DNA of 64,000 nt, from positions 2,905 to 66,904 of the forward strand of contig CAZMSH010000006.1 in NCBI GenBank assembly GCA_964568875.1, written 5' to 3'. Source of the DNA: an uncultured Rikenellaceae bacterium. GTDB lineage: Bacteria > Bacteroidota > Bacteroidia > Bacteroidales > VadinHA17. The notes beneath the pieces are model-generated. The model was given only the letters and a program-made list of their open reading frames with translations. It was not told the DNA's origin and did no database searches. Positions 54,171 through 62,804 of the stretch are shown in pieces. A program made the position numbers and the translations under genes. The stretch's first letter is position 1; each line of letters opens with the position of its first letter.

Positions 54171-55055
54171 CTATCTCAGCACCAGCTCTCTTCCTTTGAA
54201 CCTGAGATTCATCCATGCAATAATTACCCCTGCGGTTGCAAACATGATCAGACTGTATATGGCCGGAGAGATTGTCATGGTAGGATTGTGCAACAGGGTT
54301 GCGGCAATGGCAATTCCCAGAGTGCCGTTCTGAATCCCCGACTCAATCGATATTGTTATACTCTGGTCTATTCTCAGCCTGAAGAGTCTGGCTGAAAAAT
54401 AGCCCACCAGCAACATAGCCAGGTTCAGCGAAAGAGCCACCGGTCCGGCCTGCTGAAAAAAGTTAACGAAGTTTTCCTTATCTGCGAGGATTGCTGCAAG
54501 GATTATCACAAAAAGCAACACGCCCGATGCAATCTTAACCGGTTTGCTCATTTTCTCTGCAAACGACTGTGCTTTGGCCCGGATGAACATTCCGATTGTT
54601 ACCGGAACAAGTGTTATTATTATAACGCTTATCATTGTCTTCAATACCGGGAGTGGGACATATTCACCAACCTCGAGGAAGTGGGAAAGAGAAAAGTTGA
54701 CTATCAGGGGTATGGTTATAACCACTATCAGGCTTGAGATGGCCGTAAGGGTAATTGATAGAGCCGTGTCTCCCCGTGATATGTGTGTGATCAGATTCGA
54801 GGTCGGTCCACCCGGGCATGCAGCCAGTATCATAATACCTACCGCCAGCTCTGGTGTGCGCATCGGTATCAGCATCAGAAGACCGAATCCGACCAGGGGT
54901 AGGATAATAATCTGGTTTATTATTCCGATAGCTGCTGCTTTGGGATAAACAGCCACTCTCCTGAAGTCAGCAGGAGTAAGCGACAATCCCATTCCCAGCA
55001 TAATAATACCAAGCGAGATTGGAAGCATAAGATCTGTAAGGAAGTTGGTTTCCAT
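54171..55055 (-). CDS. Bile acid:sodium symporter (BASS) family transporter
   Basis: 294 aa, multi-TM, GMGLSLTPADFRRV start typical of the family. Confidence 0.8.
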   Translation of the reverse strand: METNFLTDLMLPISLGIIMLGMGLSLTPADFRRVAVYPKAAAIGIINQIIILPLVGFGLLMLIPMRTPELAVGIMILAACPGGPTSNLITHISRGDTALSITLTAISSLIVVITIPLIVNFSLSHFLEVGEYVPLPVLKTMISVIIITLVPVTIGMFIRAKAQSFAEKMSKPVKIASGVLLFVIILAAILADKENFVNFFQQAGPVALSLNLAMLLVGYFSARLFRLRIDQSITISIESGIQNGTLGIAIAATLLHNPTMTISPAIYSLIMFATAGVIIAWMNLRFKGRELVLR

Positions 55056-55230
55056 AGTCGTGTGGTTTTTTGTTTCAGGTTAACACGTGAATGGTTCTTC
55101 AGTCATTGGTTGACAGGCAAATATAAACTAATATTGGAAATCCGCAATCCCTGCCTATTATAACATACCGGCCCCCGGACCGGTTCTGTTGACAGACAGA
55201 CAGAAATTAGGATTGACCGTTTATTATCAG

Positions 55231-55238
55231 TATCTTTG
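55231..55238 (+). promoter_or_regulatory. Candidate -7 box TATCTTTG upstream of the cold-shock-domain gene
   Basis: Matches TAnnTTTG, about 40 nt upstream of the ATG at 55277. Confidence 0.35.
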
Positions 55239-55276
55239 CCCGAAATCTGAGTAATAATCAAACCGGGACAAAATAT

Positions 55277-55729
55277 ATGGGAAGATCACAGGAGTCATTC
55301 AACAAGAAGGAAGTAAGGAACAAAAAGGCCAAAAAGAGGAAAGAGAAAGAAGAGAAGAGACTTGCAAAAAAAGAACAGGGAAAGAACTCCTTCGAAGATA
55401 TGATTGCCTATGTTGACGAATTTGGAAACATTACAGATACCCCACCCGATCCCACCAGAAAAAAATCAACCATAAATCCCGATGATATTGTACTGGGAGC
55501 GACAGCCCGGGAACCGGGGCCGGAAAATGACAGGGAAAGAACAGGCATTGTTTCCCACTATAATGATTCCAAGGGTTACGGTTTTATCAGGGACCTTATA
55601 ACAGGAGAAAGCGTTTTCGTACATGCAAACAACTTGTCGGAGCCAATTGCAGAAGGCAACAAGGTTTCATTCGAGATTGGTGCGGGACAGAAGGGCCCGG
55701 CTGCCAATAATGTAAAGATTATCAAATAA
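55277..55729 (+). CDS. Cold-shock domain protein with Lys-rich N-terminal extension
   Basis: GIVSHYNDSKGYGFIRD...VFVHANN (CSD RNP motifs). Confidence 0.85.
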   Translation: MGRSQESFNKKEVRNKKAKKRKEKEEKRLAKKEQGKNSFEDMIAYVDEFGNITDTPPDPTRKKSTINPDDIVLGATAREPGPENDRERTGIVSHYNDSKGYGFIRDLITGESVFVHANNLSEPIAEGNKVSFEIGAGQKGPAANNVKIIK

Positions 55730-55784
55730 GCTCAGATCACAGGTATCAGAGCTACTGATCCCTGAACCAGGCAAACCGGGCTCA

Positions 55785-55900
55785 CTCACGATACCCGAAC
55801 CGAGACCGGCCTGACGGTCGAGCTCGCGACCGAATGGGAGCATACCCGATACCCGATACCTGGCACCCCACACCCGGTACCCGACACCCGATACCCCAAA
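55785..55900. repeat. Mosaic repeat locus L14 (inverted orientation)
   Basis: M2 in reverse at 55798..55842, 44/45 identical to 31874..31918. C-run heptamers ATACCCG etc. at 55843..55897. Confidence 0.85.
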
Positions 55901-57445
55901 TTACATATACAGCGGTCCGTCAGGGCCAAGAGGAATACCCAGTATCATCCAGATTACCAATAACAGTATCCACCCGACCGTAAGCACAACAGTATAAGGC
56001 AGCATTGTTGAGATGATGGTTCCTATTCCGTATTTTTCATCATACTTCTGGGCGAATGTAACAATAAGAGCAAAATAGCTCATCATGGGAGTAATAAGAT
56101 TTGTCACCGAATCGCCGATACGGAAGGCAGCCTGTGTTAAGCCGGGATGGTATGGCGGATCGATAAGCATGAGCATGGGAATAAACACCGGAGCCATGAT
56201 TGCCCATTTAGCAGAAGCACTTCCCATGAACATGTTTATGAATGCCGACAGAAGCACAAATGCTACTATAAGGGTTATGCCTGTAAGTCCTATTGCCTGC
56301 AATCCGTGAGCACCTTTTATTGCAAAGATGATGCCCAGATTGCTGTAGTTGAAAAAGTATACAAACTGTGCAGCAAAGAACACCAGCACGATATATCCTC
56401 CCATACCGCTCATCGACTGACCTATATATTTGGCCACATGTTTGTCATTCTTTATTGTCCCTACGATAATGCCATATACGAGACCAGGGATAAAGAACAT
56501 CAACAGTATTCCGATGATTATACCGTTAAAGAACGGAGAGTGCAGTACCGAGCCGGTATCAGGATCACGGAAAATACCATTCTGTGGTATCACGGTAAAG
56601 GCCAGAGCAGCCACTGTAACCAGAAGAGCTACACCTGCCCAGCGGAGTCCCTTTTTTTCCTCTGCAGTCAACTGCACTATTGGAAGTCGTTCAGCCGAAC
56701 CTCCATATTTACCCAGACGGGGCTCTACGATTCTTTCTGTTACCCATGTACCTGCCAGGACTACCACAAATCCTGACACAAACATAAAATAGTAGTTAAC
56801 TGCAGGATTTACAACAATTTCAGGATCTATCATCTGTGCCGCCGACTGTGAAATACCCGCCAGTATCGGGTCGATGGAGCCAATAAAAAAATTAGCCCCG
56901 AAACCACCGCTGACACCACAGAATGCAGCAGCCAGTCCCGCCATCGGATGGCGTCCCAGGGCATGGAAGATCATTGCACCGAGCGGGATAAGGATCACAT
57001 ATCCGGCCTCAGAGGCAAGGTGAGAAAGAATACCGGCCATCACTATTGCACCTGTCACCAGCCTGGGCGGAGCGCTAAGCACCAGCGACCTTATCATGGT
57101 GGTAAAGAGGCCTGAACCCTCTGCAACTCCTATTCCTACCATAACAACAAGTACATAACCCAGTGGCGGGAACTTTAGAAAGTTATTGATCAGATTTGTG
57201 TACATCCAGCGTATCCCGTCACCACTAAGCAGGTTTTTTGCAACGATTATTGTACCGTCGACAGGGTGTTCGGCCTGGGCTCCCAGAGCATGCCCTATCC
57301 ATGACATAACAACAACGAATAGTGCCAGAAGCGCAAACAGCGTTGCAGGATGAGGCAGCTTATTGCCTATTATCTCAACATAATCAAGCGAACGTGCAAA
57401 TATTTTCCCTGATTTTGTACGTATCCAACTAAAGAACCTTTTCAT
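55901..57445 (-). CDS. abgT: AbgT-family (p-aminobenzoyl-glutamate) transporter
   Basis: LDYVEIIGNKLPHPATLFA N-terminus. 514 aa, multi-TM. Confidence 0.85.
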   Translation of the reverse strand: MKRFFSWIRTKSGKIFARSLDYVEIIGNKLPHPATLFALLALFVVVMSWIGHALGAQAEHPVDGTIIVAKNLLSGDGIRWMYTNLINNFLKFPPLGYVLVVMVGIGVAEGSGLFTTMIRSLVLSAPPRLVTGAIVMAGILSHLASEAGYVILIPLGAMIFHALGRHPMAGLAAAFCGVSGGFGANFFIGSIDPILAGISQSAAQMIDPEIVVNPAVNYYFMFVSGFVVVLAGTWVTERIVEPRLGKYGGSAERLPIVQLTAEEKKGLRWAGVALLVTVAALAFTVIPQNGIFRDPDTGSVLHSPFFNGIIIGILLMFFIPGLVYGIIVGTIKNDKHVAKYIGQSMSGMGGYIVLVFFAAQFVYFFNYSNLGIIFAIKGAHGLQAIGLTGITLIVAFVLLSAFINMFMGSASAKWAIMAPVFIPMLMLIDPPYHPGLTQAAFRIGDSVTNLITPMMSYFALIVTFAQKYDEKYGIGTIISTMLPYTVVLTVGWILLLVIWMILGIPLGPDGPLYM

Positions 57446-57717
57446 ATTTATCTAGCTTTTCTGTTTCTTCTTTGCCATGTCCGCCACTTTTATGAAAGAG
57501 ATGACGGTAAGCGGCAAAGATAGAATTATCTGTCAAACAGGAAAGCCCAACTATCAACATGCTACAGAACTAATAGCCATTCTGCCAAAAAGATAAAGTT
57601 AATATTTTGTTAAACGACTGAGTAAAAACAGATATCATATATTAATAATCTATCTTTGTGTCCTGATTTCAGGACAGCTGTCCTGTAAGGAAAACCTGAT
57701 ACAACTAAAAACATCCG

Positions 57718-59013
57718 ATGAAGTTTATATCCTTATTTTTCAGATTACTGATTATCCTTTGCCTTACAGGTATTTCAATCTCCCTTTACAGTCAAACCAC
57801 TCTTTCCCAATCCGATACTACCAGAAAGAACGCTATCAGACTCTTTCTTGACTGTCATATGTGTGATATGGATTACATGCGTAAAGAGATACCATATATT
57901 AATTATGTCAGGGAGGTTAGGGAAGCCCAGCTATACCTGATGGTTACAACTCAACAGACAGGAAGCGGAGGCAGGGAATACTCTCTGTTTTTTACAGGAC
58001 AAAATGAATTTGCAGGCATGCGTGACACCCTTAAGTATATCAGCAAGCCAGATGACACGCGAGACATTACCAGAACAGGCCTCACAAATACAATTGCTGC
58101 CGGCCTGATGAGATATGTTGTGAAGACTCCCATTATCAACAGTGTCAAAATAAGCTATACCGGAGAACCCCAGGAGGAACCTGAACAGGTTGCTGACAGG
58201 TGGAATTTCTGGGTGTTTGAAATAGAGACAGAACCTGAACTTAATCTCGAGAAAAGCAGGCATGAGCTTAACTGGCAGAACGATTTTTCTGCCGACAGGA
58301 TTACTACGGACTGGAAACTTGAGAACCGATTCAGTCACGAATACCGGCTTAATATATTCTTCCGTGAAGTTGAGGATGAAATAACAGGTGAGATTTCGGA
58401 GGAGAGATCGGAAGCCGTAAGACGTTCATGGGACTACACCAACCTGACTGTCAAAAGCTTAACAGACCACTGGTCAGCCGGACTCAGATCCGAGATTCTC
58501 TCCTCATCATACCGGAACCTCGATTTCAGTTTCAGGACCATCCCCTCTGTTGAGTACAACATTTTCCCCTATTCGCAGGCTAACCGGAAACAGCTGAGGT
58601 TTCTTTACGGAATAGGTTTCATTCATAATAACTATACTGACACCACCATATATAACAAGACGGAAGAGAACCTGGCAGAACAGTCTCTTGATGTTGCTTT
58701 TGAAGTACAGGAAAGATGGGGTTCGGTACACCTCTCCCTGGAAGCTTCACATTACCTGCATGATTTCAGTAAGAACAGGGTTGAACTTGACGGTTATGTA
58801 AGAATAAGGATACTCAAAGGCCTTTCTCTAAGCATAAATGGCGGGATTGAAATACTGCACAACCAGATTGAGCTGGCTAAGGGTGGTCGTTCACAGGAGG
58901 ATGTTTACCTCCGCTTGCGCGAACTGGAAACCAACTACAGGGTTGATGGCGGGGTTGGCCTGGTTTATACCTTCGGCTCGATATTCAACAATGTCGTGAA
59001 CCCAAGGTTCTGA
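57718..59013 (+). CDS. Hypothetical outer-membrane protein (probable beta-barrel)
   Basis: Signal peptide, beta-strand-rich C-terminal half, terminal ...VVNPRF aromatic residue. No family recognised. Confidence 0.55.
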   Translation: MKFISLFFRLLIILCLTGISISLYSQTTLSQSDTTRKNAIRLFLDCHMCDMDYMRKEIPYINYVREVREAQLYLMVTTQQTGSGGREYSLFFTGQNEFAGMRDTLKYISKPDDTRDITRTGLTNTIAAGLMRYVVKTPIINSVKISYTGEPQEEPEQVADRWNFWVFEIETEPELNLEKSRHELNWQNDFSADRITTDWKLENRFSHEYRLNIFFREVEDEITGEISEERSEAVRRSWDYTNLTVKSLTDHWSAGLRSEILSSSYRNLDFSFRTIPSVEYNIFPYSQANRKQLRFLYGIGFIHNNYTDTTIYNKTEENLAEQSLDVAFEVQERWGSVHLSLEASHYLHDFSKNRVELDGYVRIRILKGLSLSINGGIEILHNQIELAKGGRSQEDVYLRLRELETNYRVDGGVGLVYTFGSIFNNVVNPRF

Positions 59014-59063
59014 TAATAATTAATAACTATTCTTCACTCGCAGAAGCAGCCTGCCTTTTACAT

Positions 59064-60416
59064 TTAGTCAAAACCGCCTGTTCCCCGGTAAAGCTTCAGC
59101 GGTTTGTCCAGGTCAAGCCTCAGCACTGTCATATAGAGGTCGTTTACACTCACCGGAACGTCAATGTACACCAGTCCGGGTACATGGCTCCATGATATCT
59201 TGCCCACAATCTTATGCTTAAGCTCCGAGCCCTCTCCCACCACTGTTATCTTCTTAATACGATTATCCAAACCCTTTACGACAATTTCACCCGAAACCCT
59301 TCCCGGCAGAAACAGGAAGAGTGCAGTGGAATCCTTCGACAATGTCGACGGTCCGTAGAAATGTCCCTGCGGGAGACCGGCCCTGGTTCCGAAAATAGCC
59401 TCTTCATGTTTAGTGGTCCATTTTCCCAGTTCGTTGAGAATATTGACCTGTTCGGATGGTATTGTACCGTCGGCACGCGGACCGATGTCGAGGAGCAGGT
59501 TGCCGCCCATGCTGATGGCGTCGGCAAAGATGGTGATGACCTCGTAGGGTGTTTTATAAAGGGTGTCGCGCTTCAGGTAACCCCACGAATTATTCATGGT
59601 CATGCAGAGCTCCCAGATGTCGGTCCGCGGCCGTGTTATCGGAAAATTCTGCTCAGGAGTGGCATAATCGCCATACCCTGCAAGGCGTCCGTTGATAATT
59701 GCCTCAGGGTTTTGCTCAAGTATCTTTGCCCGCACCTCCGCCGCCTTCCACTCCTCAGCGCTGTGCTCCCAGTCGCCGTCAAACCATACCAGATCGGGAC
59801 TGTAAGCCTTCATCAGCTCATCGATCTGGCCGTGGCAAAACTGGAGGAACCGCGCCCAGCGTTCAGGGTCATCAGTAATTTTATATTTAGCCGAATCTGT
59901 CAGAAAGCCGGGGTAATCGGGATGGGTCCAGTCTATAAGTGAGTAATAGAGCCCCACTTTCAGATTGTTCCGCCGCAGCTCCTCAACGAAAGGGGTAAGA
60001 ACATCGCTCGCCGCAGGGGTTCTGCGGGTGGTGCTGAGGTCGTTCATCTTCGTATCCCACAGAGCCACCCCATCGTGGTGCTTCGAGGTTATTACCGAAT
60101 AGCGGGCGCCGCTCTTCTTTATCAGATCAACCCAGTATACCGGATCATAGTTTACAGCCGTAAAACTGTTGAGCTGTGCCATGTAATCTGTATGACTGAT
60201 CTCCTTGTTGAAGAAAGCCCACGACTCAGTGGTATTACCCGTGCTGTAGATCCCCCAGTGAATGAAAATGCCCAGCTTCGCACCGGCAAACCACTCCATT
60301 TTGGATTGACCAGACCTGACGGTATCATCAACCGTAACCCTGTCTGAAATACATGATTCCTGAGTAAATAACGACAGTGCAATGATGAAATATATAATAC
60401 TCTTGTTCGCTTTCAT
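59064..60416 (-). CDS. Alpha-L-fucosidase, GH29
   Basis: ATG at 60416 (MKANKSIIYF..., signal peptide). KLGIFIHWGIYS. TSKHHDGVALWDT. Confidence 0.9.
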   Translation of the reverse strand: MKANKSIIYFIIALSLFTQESCISDRVTVDDTVRSGQSKMEWFAGAKLGIFIHWGIYSTGNTTESWAFFNKEISHTDYMAQLNSFTAVNYDPVYWVDLIKKSGARYSVITSKHHDGVALWDTKMNDLSTTRRTPAASDVLTPFVEELRRNNLKVGLYYSLIDWTHPDYPGFLTDSAKYKITDDPERWARFLQFCHGQIDELMKAYSPDLVWFDGDWEHSAEEWKAAEVRAKILEQNPEAIINGRLAGYGDYATPEQNFPITRPRTDIWELCMTMNNSWGYLKRDTLYKTPYEVITIFADAISMGGNLLLDIGPRADGTIPSEQVNILNELGKWTTKHEEAIFGTRAGLPQGHFYGPSTLSKDSTALFLFLPGRVSGEIVVKGLDNRIKKITVVGEGSELKHKIVGKISWSHVPGLVYIDVPVSVNDLYMTVLRLDLDKPLKLYRGTGGFD

Positions 60417-60578
60417 AATAGGGAAGTTTAAGCTCCAAAATAAGTCTATATTATGACAAAAATCCGGAATTTGTACATGATTTTGTAGAATTGAATCTGC
60501 AGATAACACATTTTTTTTACAACTTACAGATAAATATATTTTCGATTTGTTCCTAACAGTATTAGACCAGACCCCCTG

Positions 60579-62804
60579 ATGAAAAAATTAATTTATCTTC
60601 TGGCCCTTTTATGTACCGCAACCGGCTGTTCAACGAAAAAGGAAGAGGTTATTAAGCTTGTAACCAATGGCGAAAGCAGCTATACAATTGTAATCCCTCC
60701 TGATGCAACACCAGTGGAGGTACGGGCTGCCTCCTTCCTGCACGACCATATACTGAAAATCTCAGGGGCTGACCTGCCGGTCGTCTCTTTCGGCGAGACA
60801 TTACCGGAACAGTGTATCTATATCTCTTCAGACCCGCAAATTGTAACGGGCGACGGATTTTCAATAGCAACAGCCGGGAGCAGTCTCATCATAAAAGGAG
60901 GCATTGAGAGAGGCTGCATCTACGCTGTTTCAGAACTGCTTGAGAGATACCTGGGCGTCCGCTGGTACAGTCCCGACTATGCCGTAATCCCGCAACAGAA
61001 TTCAATATCACTGCCGGCAATTGACATCACCGGCTCGTCGCCGAACAGTTACCGCAATGTAAACGGAGCCTTCACACTGAACACTGACTATAAGGACTTT
61101 AACCGGCTGCATCATATCAGCGACATGTTCGCTGACAGGTATTTTGTACACACCTTCAACAGGCTTGTCCCCTGGGAGACATGGTTCGCCGGCAATCCGG
61201 AGTATTTCTCATTCATGAACGGCAAGCGGATCATCGACCAGCTCTGTCTGACAAATCCGGATGTTTTAAGGCTGACAATTGAAAAACTGAAGGAAGAGAT
61301 GGCCCTGCAGCCGGAAAAGGTATTCTGGTCGGTAAGCCAGGGCGATAACTTCTCATACTGCCAGTGTGAAGAGTGTTCAAAAATCATCGGGGAAGAGGGC
61401 AGTCCGGCCGGTCCGATAATCCACTTTGTCAACAGGATTGCAGAGGAGTTCCCCGACAAGGTTATCTCAACCCTTGCCTACCAGTACAGCCGGAAGGCCC
61501 CGGAAAAAGTAAAACCACGCGAGAATGTCCAGATCATGCTCTGCACCATTGAGCTTAACCGAAGCATTCCGATAGCCAACGACCCGGGCAGCAAATCGTT
61601 TATAACAGACCTTCAGGACTGGGGCCGAATCAGTAACCACATATTCCTTTGGGACTATACCGTCGATTTTGCTCACAGCATCAGTCCGTTTCCCAACCTT
61701 CACACCCTGCAGCCCAATATAAATCTTTTCGTTCAGAACAATGTAAGGGAACACTTTCAGCAGACCAATACCGGCACCGGGCATGAATTTGCAGAACTAA
61801 AAGCGTATCTGCTGTCAAAACTTCTGTGGAACCCCGAGGCTGATGCGAAGGAGATCATCAGGGAGTTCACAGACGGGTACTATGGAAAGGGAGGCAAATG
61901 GATAAGGAAGTATATCGCCTCGCTGGAGAGGGAGCTGAAAGAATCGGGTGAAAGGCTCGACATTTATGGTCCCCCTACTAACCACCAGAACACCTTCCTT
62001 TCTGAAAAAAACATAAAAAGATACAGCAGGTTTCTTGAAAAGGCTGAGAAGGCCGCTTCAGGCGACCGGCATCACCATCTGCATGTCAGAACCGCGATGA
62101 TGCCCCTGCAGTATGCCATAATGGAGATAGGAAAGAATGATATGTTCGGGCCGCGGGGATGGTACCGGGAAGTTGATGGCGATTTTATCTCGCGTCCGGA
62201 GATGACATCTATGCTGGAGTCCTTCTACCAGACCAGTATTGACTGCAACTCAGCCCCTGTCAATGAATCGGGATTATCCCCTGAACAGTATTATACCTCA
62301 ACCAAACGGTTCATTGATGTACAGGTTAAAGGGAACCTTGCCTTCAGAAAGAAGGTGATTGCCGATCCGCCACCGGCCGAAAAATACAGCGGAGGCGACC
62401 TATCCTACCTTACCAACGGCGTACGCGGAGCCAGCGACTTCAAGGTACACTGGCTGGGATGGGAGGCACAGAACTTTACCCTGATACTCGACCTGGAGGA
62501 GGTGACCGAAGCAAAATCGATCGAGATAAGCACACTGTGGGAACAGAAAAGCTGGATACTTCATCCCGCTTCAGTGGCCTGCCTGGTTTCAGAGGATGGC
62601 ACTGACTACTCATTATTAGGTAAGCAGGTCGTGGAGGGCGATCAGAGGCAAGAAGATGTAACCCGCCTCTTTTCATTTGATGCATGGGGTAAGTCTTACA
62701 AGTATGTTAAATTTGAAGTTGAAGGAACGCTCAGGCTCTTCGACTGGCACCCGTCGGCAGGTGGAGGTTCGTGGGTTTTTGTTGACGAAATTGTTGTACG
62801 ATGA
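60579..62804 (+). CDS. DUF4838-like glycoside-hydrolase-related lipoprotein with C-terminal F5/8 type C (discoidin) domain
   Basis: Lipobox TATGC. N-terminal region typical of DUF4838. C-terminal ~150 aa discoidin-like. Confidence 0.65.
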   Translation: MKKLIYLLALLCTATGCSTKKEEVIKLVTNGESSYTIVIPPDATPVEVRAASFLHDHILKISGADLPVVSFGETLPEQCIYISSDPQIVTGDGFSIATAGSSLIIKGGIERGCIYAVSELLERYLGVRWYSPDYAVIPQQNSISLPAIDITGSSPNSYRNVNGAFTLNTDYKDFNRLHHISDMFADRYFVHTFNRLVPWETWFAGNPEYFSFMNGKRIIDQLCLTNPDVLRLTIEKLKEEMALQPEKVFWSVSQGDNFSYCQCEECSKIIGEEGSPAGPIIHFVNRIAEEFPDKVISTLAYQYSRKAPEKVKPRENVQIMLCTIELNRSIPIANDPGSKSFITDLQDWGRISNHIFLWDYTVDFAHSISPFPNLHTLQPNINLFVQNNVREHFQQTNTGTGHEFAELKAYLLSKLLWNPEADAKEIIREFTDGYYGKGGKWIRKYIASLERELKESGERLDIYGPPTNHQNTFLSEKNIKRYSRFLEKAEKAASGDRHHHLHVRTAMMPLQYAIMEIGKNDMFGPRGWYREVDGDFISRPEMTSMLESFYQTSIDCNSAPVNESGLSPEQYYTSTKRFIDVQVKGNLAFRKKVIADPPPAEKYSGGDLSYLTNGVRGASDFKVHWLGWEAQNFTLILDLEEVTEAKSIEISTLWEQKSWILHPASVACLVSEDGTDYSLLGKQVVEGDQRQEDVTRLFSFDAWGKSYKYVKFEVEGTLRLFDWHPSAGGGSWVFVDEIVVR

